A DNA stretch of 64,000 nucleotides from an uncultured Chloroflexia bacterium (GTDB taxonomy: Bacteria > Chloroflexota > Limnocylindria > Limnocylindrales > CSP1-4), in the NCBI GenBank assembly GCA_963748675.1, contig CAVVJX010000005.1, positions 516,462-580,461 on the forward strand, in the 5' to 3' direction. Below are positions 23,342 to 34,189 of this stretch, in pieces; within the stretch, counting starts at the first letter, position 1; each line of letters begins with the position of its first letter. Under the pieces are notes generated by a model. It did no database searches. It was not told where the DNA came from and saw only the letters and a list, made by a program, of their open reading frames with translations. The translations under genes were made by a program, and so were the position numbers.

Positions 23342-24127
23342 TTACTGGGTCGCCGTCAGGCCGCCGTCGATCCCCAGGATCTGGCCGGTCACGAACGAGG
23401 CCGCGTCGGAACAGAGGAAGATCGCCGGGCCGACGATGTCCCGCGTCTCCCCGACCCGCCCGAGCGGGATCCGGTTGACGATGCCGGCCTTGAACTCCGG
23501 GTCCGCGAGCAGCGACGCGACCTGGGGCGTGTCCACGAACGTCGGCATGATCGCGTTGACGCGGATGCCGTGCGGTGCCCACTCCGTCGCCCACTGGCGG
23601 GTCAGGGAATTGATCGCGCCCTTGGCCGCCACGTACGCCGAATAGCCGGCCTTGATCCCGAGGTTGCCGCGGACCGACGAGATGTTGAGGATCCGGCCGC
23701 CACCGCCCTGGGCGATCATCTGGCGCGCGGCGGCCTGCGTCGGGACGACCGTGCTGCGCACGTTCAGGTCCATGATCCAGTCCCAGTCCGAGCGGGGATA
23801 GACCTCGGCGTTGTGCAGGACCTTGCCGGCACCGCCGCCGACGGCGTTGACCAGGATGTCGAGGCGGCCGAAGCGCTCGACCGCCCCCTTGACCAGCCGC
23901 TCGGCGTCCGCCTCGTCCGTCGCATCGGCGACCACGGCCAGACCTTCGCGGCCGGCCGCCTGGACCTGCCCGACGGTGGCGTCGAGCGACTCCTGCGTCC
24001 GACCGCCGACGACGACGCTCGCTCCGGCTCCGGCGAGGGCCACCGCCAACGCCGATCCGATGCCACCGCCACCGCCCGGGACGAGGGCCACGAGGCCGTC
24101 CAGGCTGAAGTCGTCGAGTCCGGCCAT
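23342..24127 (-). CDS. SDR-family oxidoreductase
   Basis: LVPGGGGGIGSALAV (TGxxxGIG-like), NAVGG, YSAYVAAK (YxxxK). Confidence 0.8.
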   Translation of the reverse strand: MAGLDDFSLDGLVALVPGGGGGIGSALAVALAGAGASVVVGGRTQESLDATVGQVQAAGREGLAVVADATDEADAERLVKGAVERFGRLDILVNAVGGGAGKVLHNAEVYPRSDWDWIMDLNVRSTVVPTQAAARQMIAQGGGGRILNISSVRGNLGIKAGYSAYVAAKGAINSLTRQWATEWAPHGIRVNAIMPTFVDTPQVASLLADPEFKAGIVNRIPLGRVGETRDIVGPAIFLCSDAASFVTGQILGIDGGLTATQ

Positions 24128-24274
24128 CGTGCTCCTTCTGAGTTTCGATCGATTATCGCGTAGCGGCGCCGGCCGGTCGCCGTCCGCGCGTTTGGGCCAA
24201 CGCTGGTAGGGCCTTCCGGCGTACGATAGTAAACGGTTACTGGTCCCGCCCCACACGACCCCACGGAGCGCGCC

Positions 24275-25216
24275 ATGACGCTGAACCTCGACGGCCTGAT
24301 TCCCGCCACCGTGCTGCCCATGGACGCCGACGGCGGCATCGATGAGGCCGCCCTGCGGTCGTACATCGGCTGGGTCGTGGACCAGGGACCCGTCGCCCTC
24401 GCGATCAACGTCGACACCGGCGAGGGGCCGCACCTGACCCACGACGAGAAGGTCCGCATCCTCAAGATCGTCCGCGACGTGACGGACACGCCCATCGTCG
24501 CGGGGCTGGCCGGCCCGTCCACCGATGCGGCCGTTCGCCAGGCTCGCGACTTCCGGGCCGCCGGCGCGGATGCGCTGCTCGTGTTCCCGATCCCGGCCTA
24601 CCTGAGCCAGCCGCTTGATCCGCGCGTCCCGGTCGCCTATCACGAGGCCATCGCCGACGTCGGCCTGCCGCTGATCCTGTTCCAGCTGCAGCCGGCCCTG
24701 GCCGGTGTCAACTTCGAGACCGACACGCTCCAGGCGATGGCGTCGGTGGACGGCGTCGTCGCCATCAAGGAAGCGTCGTTCGACGCGCGACGCTTCGTCG
24801 ACACGGCTCGACTCCTGGAGCAGCTCCCGCGCAAGATCACCCTGCTGACCGGCAACGACAACTTCATCCTGGAATCGTTCCTGCTGGGTGCGACGGGCGC
24901 GCTCATCGGCTTCGGCGCGGTGATGACCCGCGAGCAGGTCGACATGATCGCCGCGTGGCAGGCCGGTGATACCGAGACGGCGATGGCCCTCGGTCGCCGG
25001 GTCCAGCGCCTCGCCGATGTCGTGTTCGCGGCCCCCGTCGGTGACTACCGGGTCCGGCTGAAGGAATGCCTGCGAATCCTGGGTGTCCTGGAGAACGCCC
25101 ACGTTCGTCGCCCGCTCCTGCCGCTCGGCGATGACGAACGCGCCTTCCTCAGCAGCGTCCTGGCCGAGGTCGGCCTGCGGGAGGACACCCCGGCATCGCC
25201 GGTGCTCGCCCGATGA
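24275..25216 (+). CDS. DapA-family (dihydrodipicolinate-synthase-like) class I aldolase
   Basis: Length and pattern (PMDADGGID, Schiff-base region GVVAIKEAS) fit DHDPS/KDG-aldolase family proteins. Divergent from the SDR across a 147-bp promoter gap. Confidence 0.8.
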   Translation: MTLNLDGLIPATVLPMDADGGIDEAALRSYIGWVVDQGPVALAINVDTGEGPHLTHDEKVRILKIVRDVTDTPIVAGLAGPSTDAAVRQARDFRAAGADALLVFPIPAYLSQPLDPRVPVAYHEAIADVGLPLILFQLQPALAGVNFETDTLQAMASVDGVVAIKEASFDARRFVDTARLLEQLPRKITLLTGNDNFILESFLLGATGALIGFGAVMTREQVDMIAAWQAGDTETAMALGRRVQRLADVVFAAPVGDYRVRLKECLRILGVLENAHVRRPLLPLGDDERAFLSSVLAEVGLREDTPASPVLAR

Positions 25217-26827
25217 CCGCCGAACCCGCCGATGTCCTGATCGTCGGCGCCGGCGCCTCGGGCGGCGTCGTGGCCCTTCGCCTGGCCCAAGCCGGGTTTT
25301 CGGTCGTGTGCCTCGAGCAGGGTGACTGGCTCGATCGCGCGGACTACCCGGGCAACAAGCTCGACTGGGAGCTGAAGGCTCGCAAGGATTGGGCGACCAG
25401 CCCGAACATCCGCGGACTCGCGCAGGACTACCCGATCGTCGAGGACGACACGCCAGTCTCGCCGCTCATGTACAACGCCGTCGGCGGGTCCACGATCATC
25501 TTCGCGGGCGCCTGGCCGCGGGCGCTCCCGTCCGACTTCCGTGTCCGTTCGCTCGACGGCGTCGCCGACGACTGGCCGATCGACTACTTCGAGCTCCTGC
25601 CGTACTTCTACCGCACCGACCGACAGTTCGGCGTGTCCGGCCTGCCGGGCGATCCGGCCTACCCGCCGGACACCGAGGACGCCCCGATGCCGCCGCTCCC
25701 GATCGGGTCGGCCGGGCTCAAGGTCGCTCGGGGCATGACGAAGCTCGGCTGGCACTGGTGGCCGGAGTTCAACTCGATCAACTCGGTCGCCTACGACGGT
25801 CGCCGGCCGTGCGTGCAGCGCAGCACCTGCCAGTCCGGTTGCAACGAGGGTGCGAAGGCGTCGACCGACCTCACCCACTGGCCCAAGGCGCTCGACCTCG
25901 GCGCGCGGCTCGTCACCGGCGCGCGCGTCCGGCGCATCGAGACCGACGCGAAGGGACTTGCGACCGGCGCCACCTGGATCGACCGCGACGGTGCCGAGCA
26001 CTTCCAGCCCGCGAAGGTCGTCGTGGTGGCGGCCAACGCCATCGGCACGCCCCGCTTGCTGCTGCTCTCCGCGTCACCGGCTCACCCGGACGGTCTCGCC
26101 AACTCCTCCGGCCTGGTCGGGAAGCGGCTGATGATGCATCCGTTCGCCAACGTCGCGGGCCTGTTCGAGGACCCGCTGATGAGCTGGCAGGGGCAGTTCG
26201 GCGACCTCATCGAGTCGCTCGAGTTCTACGAGACGGACGAGAAGCGCGGCTTCGTCCGCGGCGCTCGCTGGGGTCTGGCGCCGACGGGCGGACCGATCAA
26301 CACGGCCCTCCCGAGCCGGGCCGGCGAGCAGATCTGGGGCGCCGACCACCATGCGCACGTGCGGACCCACCTCGGCCACGGGGCGAACTGGGGCCTCTTC
26401 GCCGAGGACCTGCCCGACGAGGCGAACCACATCACGATCTCGTCGACGGTCACCGACTCGTCCGGCATCCCGGCCCCGGAAGTGCACTACACGATGGCCG
26501 ATAACGCGCGCCGGATGCTCGATTTCCACATCGAACGGGCGAAGGAGTCGATGGACGCGGCGGGCGCGTACAAGATCGAGGTCGACCGGCTGATGCGGTA
26601 TTCCGGCTGGCATCTCCTGGGCACCGCGAGGATGGGTGACGACCCGACGACGTTCGGTGCTGGACCGCTGGAACCGCGCGCATGACGTCCCGAACCTGTA
26701 TGTCGTCGACGGCTCGTGCTTCGTCACGTCGTCGGGGGTGAACCCGACGTCGACGATCGTGTCGATCGCCCTGCGCGCGGCCGACCACATGGTCGAGACG
26801 CGCTTCGAGCAGCAGGTGCCGGTATGA
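25213..26827 (+). CDS. GMC-family FAD oxidoreductase (catalytic subunit); frameshift near 26655 (extra T)
   Basis: VLIVGAGASGGVVALRLA (GxGxxG)...CxxxC... The C-terminal NLYVVDGSCFVTSSGVNPTSTI comes from ORF 26636..26827. Confidence 0.8.
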
Positions 26828-27447
26828 CGGATCGCCTGGACACCGATACCCGCACCGAGGTCACCGGCGCCCCGACCGACCTGACGGGCGGCATGCCGGC
26901 GACGATGGAGGACGGCCCCCGGCCGCGCCTCGACGATGGGGAGCGCGCCACGCTCGCGGCGATCGCCGACCACTTCATCCCGGCCGCTGACGGGATGCCC
27001 TCGGCGGCGGACATCCTGACCGACGATCGGCTCGCGTTCGTCGTTCGCGCTCGCCCCGACCTCGCGGACGCGCTGCAGGCTGCCCTGCGCTCGGAGCTCG
27101 GCGCCGACGTCGGCGAGCGCCTCACGGCCCTCGCGGCCGAGCCGACTAACCTGGCGGCCCTCCAGCTGGCGATCGTCGGGGGCTACTACACCGACAAGCG
27201 GGTTCGTGAGCTGATCGGCTACCCGGGGCAGATGGCGATCGAGGTCCGGTCGTGGGAATACCCCGTCTATCTCGAGGAAGGGCTGATCGACGCCGTGCTC
27301 GCACGCGGGCCGGTGTGGCGTGACCCGGCGACCGGGCAGCGGGCCGTCGCCACGGGCGCGCCGACGACCTACGCAGAGCGCTGGTCGGACGTGAAGGCGG
27401 ACGCGATGGCGTCCGAAGGAGGAATCGATGGCCGCGATCGCACCTGA
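26824..27447 (+). CDS. Gluconate-2-dehydrogenase subunit-3-like small subunit that partners the GMC dehydrogenase
   Basis: ATG overlaps the GMC stop (ATGA). ~200-aa protein with TLAAIADHFIPA, typical of GMC dehydrogenase small subunits. Confidence 0.55.
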   Translation: MTDRLDTDTRTEVTGAPTDLTGGMPATMEDGPRPRLDDGERATLAAIADHFIPAADGMPSAADILTDDRLAFVVRARPDLADALQAALRSELGADVGERLTALAAEPTNLAALQLAIVGGYYTDKRVRELIGYPGQMAIEVRSWEYPVYLEEGLIDAVLARGPVWRDPATGQRAVATGAPTTYAERWSDVKADAMASEGGIDGRDRT

Positions 27448-28906
27448 CACGACGGAGTCCGCGGCACCGCGTTGGCTCGGGTCCTTTCTCGAGACGTGGG
27501 AACCCGGCACGGGCGCGCCGATCGAGGACCGCGAGCCGGCCACCGGCCGGCACCTCGCGACCATCGCGGGCTCGACGCCGGACGACGTCGCGCGCGCCGC
27601 GGAAGCCGCGAAGGCCGCTCAGCCAGCATGGGCCGCGACGAGCTACCAGGAACGCGCCCGCGTCCTGCGCCGCGCGGCCGAGATCTACGACGCGAACCGG
27701 GACGAGTTCGGTACCTGGACGCAGCGCGAGACCGGCGCGTCGCACAGCAAGATGCACCACGAGTCGAACTTCGCGTATCACGAGATCCTCAACGCGGCGA
27801 CGCTGCCGTCGCAGGCCTACGGATCGCTCATGCCGTCGGCGGTAAAGGGGCGCCTGTCGATGGTCCGGCGCGTGCCGGCGGGCGTCATCGGCGCGATCAC
27901 GCCATGGAACTCCCCGTCCGTGCTCGGGATGCGCGTCGTGGCGCCGGCGCTGGCGCTCGGCAACGCGGTCGTGCTCAAGCCGGATCCGCAGACGCCGGTC
28001 GTGGGCGGCGCGATGTTCGCGGCCGTCTTCCGCGAGGCCGGCCTGCCCGAGGGCCTGCTCCAGGTCGTGGTCGGCGGTGCGGACGTCGGTGAGGCGCTGG
28101 TCACGGACCCGAACATCCCGGTCGTGTCGTTCACGGGCTCGACGGCCGTCGGGCGGCGGGTCGGCCAGCTGGCCGGCGGCATGCTCAAGAAGGTCTCGCT
28201 CGAGCTCGGTGGGAACAACGCGTTCATCGTGCTCGACGACGCGGACCTCGACGCGGCGACGTCCGCCGGCGCGTTCGCGGCCTTCCAGTTCCAGGGCCAG
28301 GTCTGCTTCGCCGCCGGACGCCACCTCGTCGACCGCCGGCTCGCGGACGACTACACCGGTGCCCTGACCGAGAAGGCCAAGCGCCTGCGGACCGGCGATC
28401 CGTTCCGCGAGGACGTGCAGCTCGGGCCGATCGTGAACGAGAAGCAGGTCGCCCGCGTCGACGACATCGTCCAACGCTCGATCGCCGCGGGCGCCGTGGT
28501 CTCCGAGGGCGCCACTCGCGAGGGCCTGTTCTACCGCCCGACGGTGCTCACGTCGGTCACGCCGGACATGGCCGCGTTCACCGACGAGATCTTCGGGCCG
28601 GTGGCACCGATCACGGTCTTCGACACCGACGACGACGCCATCGCTCTCGCGAACTCCAGCAGTTACGGCCTCGTGGCCTCGATCTACACGCGCTCGCTCG
28701 GTCGTGGCCTGGCGATGGCCGATCGGATGCGGACCGGCATGGTCCACATCAACGACGGCACGCTCAACGACGAGGCGATCATCCCGTTCGGTGGGATGGG
28801 CGATTCCGGCAACGGCAGCCGCTACGGCGGGGAGGCGAGCCTCGACACGTTCACCGAGTGGCAATGGGTCACGGTGCGCGACGAGCCGCCGACGTTCCCG
28901 TTCTGA
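27428..28906 (+). CDS. NAD(P)-dependent aldehyde dehydrogenase
   Basis: ITPWNSP, VSLELGGNNAFIV (catalytic Glu), FQGQVCFAAGR (catalytic Cys), EIFGPV. Confidence 0.85.
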   Translation: MAAIAPDTTESAAPRWLGSFLETWEPGTGAPIEDREPATGRHLATIAGSTPDDVARAAEAAKAAQPAWAATSYQERARVLRRAAEIYDANRDEFGTWTQRETGASHSKMHHESNFAYHEILNAATLPSQAYGSLMPSAVKGRLSMVRRVPAGVIGAITPWNSPSVLGMRVVAPALALGNAVVLKPDPQTPVVGGAMFAAVFREAGLPEGLLQVVVGGADVGEALVTDPNIPVVSFTGSTAVGRRVGQLAGGMLKKVSLELGGNNAFIVLDDADLDAATSAGAFAAFQFQGQVCFAAGRHLVDRRLADDYTGALTEKAKRLRTGDPFREDVQLGPIVNEKQVARVDDIVQRSIAAGAVVSEGATREGLFYRPTVLTSVTPDMAAFTDEIFGPVAPITVFDTDDDAIALANSSSYGLVASIYTRSLGRGLAMADRMRTGMVHINDGTLNDEAIIPFGGMGDSGNGSRYGGEASLDTFTEWQWVTVRDEPPTFPF

Positions 28907-28917
28907 GCGCGATCGAC

Positions 28918-29982
28918 GTGGCATCCATCACCGACGTCGCCAGACTGGCCGGGGTCTCCACGGCCACGGTCTCGCGGGTCGTCTCGTCCGCGCCGTACGC
29001 CGTCAGCCCGGCCACCCGTGCGCGGGTGCTGGAGGCGGCGCGGGCGCTCGACTACGTCCCCAACGCGCTCGCCCGCGGCCTGCACAAGAGCCACGTGCCG
29101 GTCGTCGGGGTCATCGTGCACGACATCACCGACCCGTACTTCAACGAGGTCGTGCGCGGCGTCGAGGACGCGGCCTCGGTCGGCGGCTTCCTGGTGGTCA
29201 CCTGCAGCTCGGACCGGATCGCCGAGCGGGAGCTCTCGTACGTGCGCCTGCTCCGCTCGATGCGGGCCGCGACGCTCATCTTCGCCGGCAGCGGCCTGAT
29301 CGATCCGACGCTCAACGTCGAGGTGGCCAAGCACGTGGCCGCCATGCGGGCGTATGGCGCCGCGATCGTGCACCTCTCGCCGCACGCGGCCGGAGACGCC
29401 GACATCGGCATCGACAACGCCGCCGGGATCGCGGCCATGGTGGCCGCCCTGGTGGAGCTGGGCCATCGCCGCATCGCGTTCCTTGCGGGCCCGGCCTCGT
29501 TGTACGTATCGCAGCGCCGGCAGGAGGGCTACCGTCGCGGCCTGGCCGAGGCCGGCATCGCGTATGACGAGCGGCTGGTCGTGAGCACCGGCTTCAACCA
29601 GGACGGGGGTGCCCTCGGAATCGACGCGCTGCTGGCGAGCGAAACGCCCTTCACGGCGGTCTGTGCGGCCAATGACCTGCTGGCGCTCGGGGCCCAGCAG
29701 CGGCTGGCCTCCCTCGGCGTCGACGTTCCCGGGGAGGTCTCGGTCGCGGGGTTCGACGACATCCAGACCGCGGCGATGGCCACGCCCGGCCTGTCCACGG
29801 TGCGCCTCCCGCTGCACGAGATCGGTCGTCGCGCGTTCGGCTTCGCGGAAGCGCTGCTCGCCGGGGGAGAGCCTCCGCGCGAGGTGCTCTCGACCGAGCT
29901 CGTCCTGCGCGGATCGACCGCGCCACCGCCGGCCAGCCCCGTCGAGCCGCGCGAACACGGCAGCCCCGTCGGGGTCGGCTGA
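28918..29982 (+). CDS. LacI-family transcriptional regulator
   Basis: N-terminal HTH ITDVARLAGVSTATVSRVV plus a periplasmic-binding-like sugar domain. GTG start just after the ALDH stop. Confidence 0.8.
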   Translation: MASITDVARLAGVSTATVSRVVSSAPYAVSPATRARVLEAARALDYVPNALARGLHKSHVPVVGVIVHDITDPYFNEVVRGVEDAASVGGFLVVTCSSDRIAERELSYVRLLRSMRAATLIFAGSGLIDPTLNVEVAKHVAAMRAYGAAIVHLSPHAAGDADIGIDNAAGIAAMVAALVELGHRRIAFLAGPASLYVSQRRQEGYRRGLAEAGIAYDERLVVSTGFNQDGGALGIDALLASETPFTAVCAANDLLALGAQQRLASLGVDVPGEVSVAGFDDIQTAAMATPGLSTVRLPLHEIGRRAFGFAEALLAGGEPPREVLSTELVLRGSTAPPPASPVEPREHGSPVGVG

Positions 29983-30737
29983 TGGCCGGAGCGCTGGCGG
30001 GCCGCGTCGTCCTGATCACCGGCAGCAGCCGCGGGATCGGCGCGGAGGTGGCCGTCAAGGCCGCCGCCGAGGGAGCGTCGGTCGCGATCCACTACCACCA
30101 CTCGGAGGACGGCGCGCAGGCCACCCTGGCGCACGTCCGCGACGCCGGAGCCGACGGGGCGATCTTCGATGCGGACGTAGCCGACGGACGACAGGCGGGC
30201 CAGCTGGTCGAGCGCGTGATCGCCCATTTCGGGCGCGTGGACGGCCTGGTGAACAACGCCGGGCGGACGCAGGTCGGCCCATTCCTGGAGATCGAGCCGG
30301 CGCAATGGGACGACATCATCCGGACCGATCTGACCGCCGCGTTCCACACCTGCCAGGCGGTGCTGCCGTCGATGGTCGAGCGGGGGAGCGGCACGATCGT
30401 CAACATCGCCTCCCGCCTCGGCCAGATGGGCGTCGCCGAGACCGCCGCCTACAGCGCCGCGAAGGCCGGCCTGATCGGGCTCACCCGTGCCCTCGGCCGC
30501 GAATTCGGCCCGCACGGCATTCGCGTGAATGCGGTGGCCCCGGGCGTGACGATCACCGAGATGACGACCGACCTCGTCGACAGCGAGGCCGGCCGGCAAC
30601 GGCTCCGTGACATGCCGTTGGGCCGGTTCGGGCGCGCGGACGAGGTGGCGGACACGGTCATCTTCCTGCTGTCCGACGCCTCGGCCCTGTTCCTCGGGCA
30701 GACCCTCAATCCGAATGCCGGGGGCTACATGCCGTGA
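29982..30737 (+). CDS. SDR-family oxidoreductase
   Basis: ITGSSRGIGAEVA, NNAG, YSAAKAGL. Start overlaps the LacI stop (TGATG). Confidence 0.8.
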   Translation: MAGALAGRVVLITGSSRGIGAEVAVKAAAEGASVAIHYHHSEDGAQATLAHVRDAGADGAIFDADVADGRQAGQLVERVIAHFGRVDGLVNNAGRTQVGPFLEIEPAQWDDIIRTDLTAAFHTCQAVLPSMVERGSGTIVNIASRLGQMGVAETAAYSAAKAGLIGLTRALGREFGPHGIRVNAVAPGVTITEMTTDLVDSEAGRQRLRDMPLGRFGRADEVADTVIFLLSDASALFLGQTLNPNAGGYMP

Positions 30738-30747
30738 GCGACCTGCT

Positions 30748-32307
30748 GTGACCAAGATCCTCGACGTCCGGGAAGCGGTCGGCTGCGTCCGCGACGGCAG
30801 CACGGTCGTGATCGGCGGCTCAGGCGCCGGCCACGCGTTGCCGCAACGCTTCATCGACGAGCTGGCGGCGGTCTACAGCGCCGAAGGCCGGCCGCGGGAC
30901 CTCACGACGGTCCGCGTCGTCGGGATCGGCGATTTCGCCGACCGCGGGTTCTCGCAGCTCGGTCTGCCGGGCCTGATGCGGCGCACGATCGGCAGCAACA
31001 TCGGCAACGAGCCGCGCCTCGGCGCGCTGGTCGAGGCCAACGAGATCGAGTCCTACTCCTTCCCGCAGGGCGTCCTGTCGGAGCTGATGCGCGAGATCGC
31101 CGGCGGTCGGCCGGGCCTCGTGACGCAGGTCGGCCTGGGCACGTACGTCGACCCGCGCCAGACCGGCGGCAAGCAGAACGCGAAGACCACCGAGGATCTC
31201 GTCGAGGTCGTCACGCTGCGCGGCCGTGAGTGGCTCCTCTATCACGCGTTCCCGATCGACGTCGCGGTCATCCGGGGCACGACCGCGGACGAGGACGGCA
31301 ACATCACCATGGAGGGCGAGGCCGTCCAGGGCGAGATGCTGGCCATGGCGATGGCCGCACGCAACAGCGGTGGCATCGTCATCGCGCAGGTCCGCCAGCT
31401 CGCGACCCGCGGCAGCCTGCGCATGCGCGACGTGAAGGTCCCGGCCGCGCTGGTCGACCACGTGTACGTCGATCCCGACCAGTGGCAGACGTACATCACC
31501 CAGGACTCGCCGTACTACGCCGGCGCGGCTCGTCGTCCGGTCCGGCCGGAGCCGCCCCTGCCGCTCGACGTTCGCAAGATCATCGCCCGCCGCTCGTTGC
31601 TCGAGTTCCCGCGCGGCGCCATCTGCAACCTGGGCTTCGGGATCAGCCAGCTCATCGGCCGCGTGGCCTGGGAGGAGGGCATCACGGATCAGCTGGTCCT
31701 CACCGTGGAGCAGGGCATCTTCGGCGGCGTACCGGTGGCCGGCAACGAGGGCGGCGCCGGGTTCAACTACCAGGCGATGATCGACCAGCCCTACATGTTC
31801 GATTTCTACGACGGCGGCGGGCTCGACATCGCCAGCCTGTCCTTCGCGGAAGTGGACCGGGAGGGCAACGTCAACGTCCACGCGTTCGAAGGGCGGGTCC
31901 GCGGCCCGGGCGGATTCCCCAACATCAGCGCGCGGACCGGCAGGATCAACTTCGTCGGCACGCTGACCGCGCGCGGTCTCGACATCGAGATCGACGGTGG
32001 CGTCCGGATCGCGACCGAGGGCAGCCTCGGCAAGTTCGTGCCCCAAGTCCGCGAGATCTCGTTCAACGGCCGCCTAGCGCGCGAACGCGGCCAGCTGGTG
32101 CGCTACATCACCGAACGGGCGGTGTTCGCGCTGGAGGACGACGGGCTGGTGCTCGTCGAAGTCGCACCCGGCATCGACGTGGAGCGCGACGTGCTGGGCC
32201 AGATGGGGTTCCGGCCACGGGTGGCCGAGGACCTGCGGACCACGGACCCGCGGGTCTACGCGACCGGGCCCATGGGCATGGCCGCCGATTTCGAGGGTGC
32301 CTCGTGA
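30748..32307 (+). CDS. Family I CoA-transferase (fused AtoD/AtoA-type, propionate / acetate-CoA-transferase-like)
   Basis: GTG start VTKILDVREAVGCVRDGSTVVIGGSG. Fused alpha/beta CoA-transferase halves (GGAGFNYQ, catalytic Glu region EVDREGNVN). Confidence 0.75.
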   Translation: MTKILDVREAVGCVRDGSTVVIGGSGAGHALPQRFIDELAAVYSAEGRPRDLTTVRVVGIGDFADRGFSQLGLPGLMRRTIGSNIGNEPRLGALVEANEIESYSFPQGVLSELMREIAGGRPGLVTQVGLGTYVDPRQTGGKQNAKTTEDLVEVVTLRGREWLLYHAFPIDVAVIRGTTADEDGNITMEGEAVQGEMLAMAMAARNSGGIVIAQVRQLATRGSLRMRDVKVPAALVDHVYVDPDQWQTYITQDSPYYAGAARRPVRPEPPLPLDVRKIIARRSLLEFPRGAICNLGFGISQLIGRVAWEEGITDQLVLTVEQGIFGGVPVAGNEGGAGFNYQAMIDQPYMFDFYDGGGLDIASLSFAEVDREGNVNVHAFEGRVRGPGGFPNISARTGRINFVGTLTARGLDIEIDGGVRIATEGSLGKFVPQVREISFNGRLARERGQLVRYITERAVFALEDDGLVLVEVAPGIDVERDVLGQMGFRPRVAEDLRTTDPRVYATGPMGMAADFEGAS

Positions 32308-33087
32308 CCGATCCGCTCATCGACCTGCAGGTCGGACCGGTGGCACGGCTGACGCTCGTCAACCCGCCGCTCAACCTCGTGACCCGCGAGCTGCTGGAGG
32401 CGTTCGGGGCGGCGCTCGACACGCTGGAGGCCGCGGAGCCCGGTGACGTCCGAGCGGTCGTCGTGACCGGGACCGGCGAGCGGGCGTTTTCCGCGGGCTC
32501 GCACGTCGGGGAGTTCGAAAGCCAGCGCGGGTCCGCCGGGCGGGCGCGGCACGAACTCGAGTCGGGCGTGGCGCGGCGCCTGGCCGAGCTGCCGATGCCG
32601 ACCATCGCCGCGATCGAAGGCAACGCGCTGGGCGGCGGCCTCGAGCTCGCGCTGTGCTGCGACCTCAGGATCGCGTCCGAGCGAGCGCGGCTCGGGCTCC
32701 CGGAGGTGCGTCTCGCGGTCACCCCGGGCGCCGGTGGCACGCAGCGACTCCCGCGGGTCGTCGGGGCGGCACGCGCCAAGGAGCTGATCCTGACCGGACG
32801 CGTCCTGACCGCGACCGAGGCGGAACGGATCGGCCTCGTCCACGAGGTCGTGCCGGCGGGCGAGGCCGTCTCGCGCGCCGTCGCGGTGGGCGAGGAGATC
32901 GCTTTGCGCGGCCCGCTCGCCGTGCGCGAGGCGAAGCGGCTGATCGACCTAGCGACCGAGACGGACATCGACGCCGGCCTGGCCGCCGAGCTCGACGCGT
33001 CCGACCGGCATCTTTTCGACCGACGACATGCTCGAGGGCGCCGCCGCGTTCTTCGCCAAGCGTGACCCGGAGTACCGCGGCCGATGA
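32304..33087 (+). CDS. Enoyl-CoA hydratase/isomerase (crotonase) family; frameshift near 33008
   Basis: AAIEGNALGGGLELALCCDLRIA is the crotonase signature. The C-terminus DRIFSTDDMLEGAAAFFAKRDP is restored by deleting one G in GACCGGCAT. Confidence 0.75.
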
Positions 33088-33120
33088 GGCCGCCCGCAAG
33101 CACTCGGAGGTGGCTCGTTC

Positions 33121-34185
33121 ATGGCTGACGTAGGCCGTTTCGGCGTCTTTCTGCCGTCGTATGTCTGGGAGGGCGACGGACCGGAGCGCGCCCGCGGCAT
33201 CAAGGCCTTTGCCCGCGAGGTAGAGAAGCTGGGCTTCGACTCATTGTTCATCACCGACCACCTGCTGGTCGGCAAGCGCTTCTACTCGGTCAACTGGCTC
33301 GAACCGCTCACGACCCTGGCGGTCGCGGCCGGTGCGACGGAGCGGGTGCGCCTCGGTACGTCGGTCCTCGTGATGCCGCTGCGCAACCCCGTGATCCTCG
33401 CCAAGGAGCTGGCGACCCTCCAGTTCCTCAGTGACAACCGGGTCATCCTCGGCGCCGGCGTCGGCTGGAACGACGCCGAGTACGAGGCCGTCGGCGTCCA
33501 CAAGTCCGAGCGCGGCAAGCGCACTGACGAGATGCTCGACATCATGATGCCGCTCCTCGAGGGCGAGACCGTCACCTACCACGGCCAGTTCTACTCGGTC
33601 GACGATGTGTTCATCGAGCCGCGCACGGCGCAGCGCCCGCTGCTCTGGATCGGCGGCGGCTCGCAACTCGCCTCGCCCAAGTCGCCGGACCTGCCGAAGT
33701 TCGTGGAGTCGGTCAAGCGCCGGACCGTCCGCTCCGACGGCTGGATCCCGCGGCCAACGTGCCCGCCAGCCGACATCGCCCGCGACTGGGTCGAGCTGCA
33801 GGCCGCGATGCGCGAGTCCGGCAAGGACCCGAGCGACACGCTCGTCGCCCACGAGAACTTCCTGCACCTGGTCATGACCAACGACCCCGCCGAGGCTCGA
33901 CGCCAACAGCACGAGGCGTTCCTCAAGGTCATGAGCGCGGAACGCGGGCCCGAATACCTCGAGTCGGTCTACTTGTTCGGGACACCGGACGAGATCGTCG
34001 CCTCGCTCCAGGCCCGGGTGGACGCCGGCGTCGAGTACTTCTTCCTCCACACGATGACCCCCGACCCGGCGCAGCTCCAGCTGTGGGTCGACCACATCAT
34101 CCCGAACGTCACGTTCCCGGCGACGGCTGGCCCGGTCCGTCGGCCACCGACGCCGTGGCGGCGCTCGGCGGCCGCCATCGGATGA
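33121..34185 (+). CDS. LLM-class (luciferase-like) flavin/F420-dependent oxidoreductase
   Basis: FGVFLP, FDSLFITDHL, LGTSVLVMPLRNPVILAKELATL are characteristic of the LLM family. Confidence 0.7.
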   Translation: MADVGRFGVFLPSYVWEGDGPERARGIKAFAREVEKLGFDSLFITDHLLVGKRFYSVNWLEPLTTLAVAAGATERVRLGTSVLVMPLRNPVILAKELATLQFLSDNRVILGAGVGWNDAEYEAVGVHKSERGKRTDEMLDIMMPLLEGETVTYHGQFYSVDDVFIEPRTAQRPLLWIGGGSQLASPKSPDLPKFVESVKRRTVRSDGWIPRPTCPPADIARDWVELQAAMRESGKDPSDTLVAHENFLHLVMTNDPAEARRQQHEAFLKVMSAERGPEYLESVYLFGTPDEIVASLQARVDAGVEYFFLHTMTPDPAQLQLWVDHIIPNVTFPATAGPVRRPPTPWRRSAAAIG

Positions 34186-34189
34186 TCCG

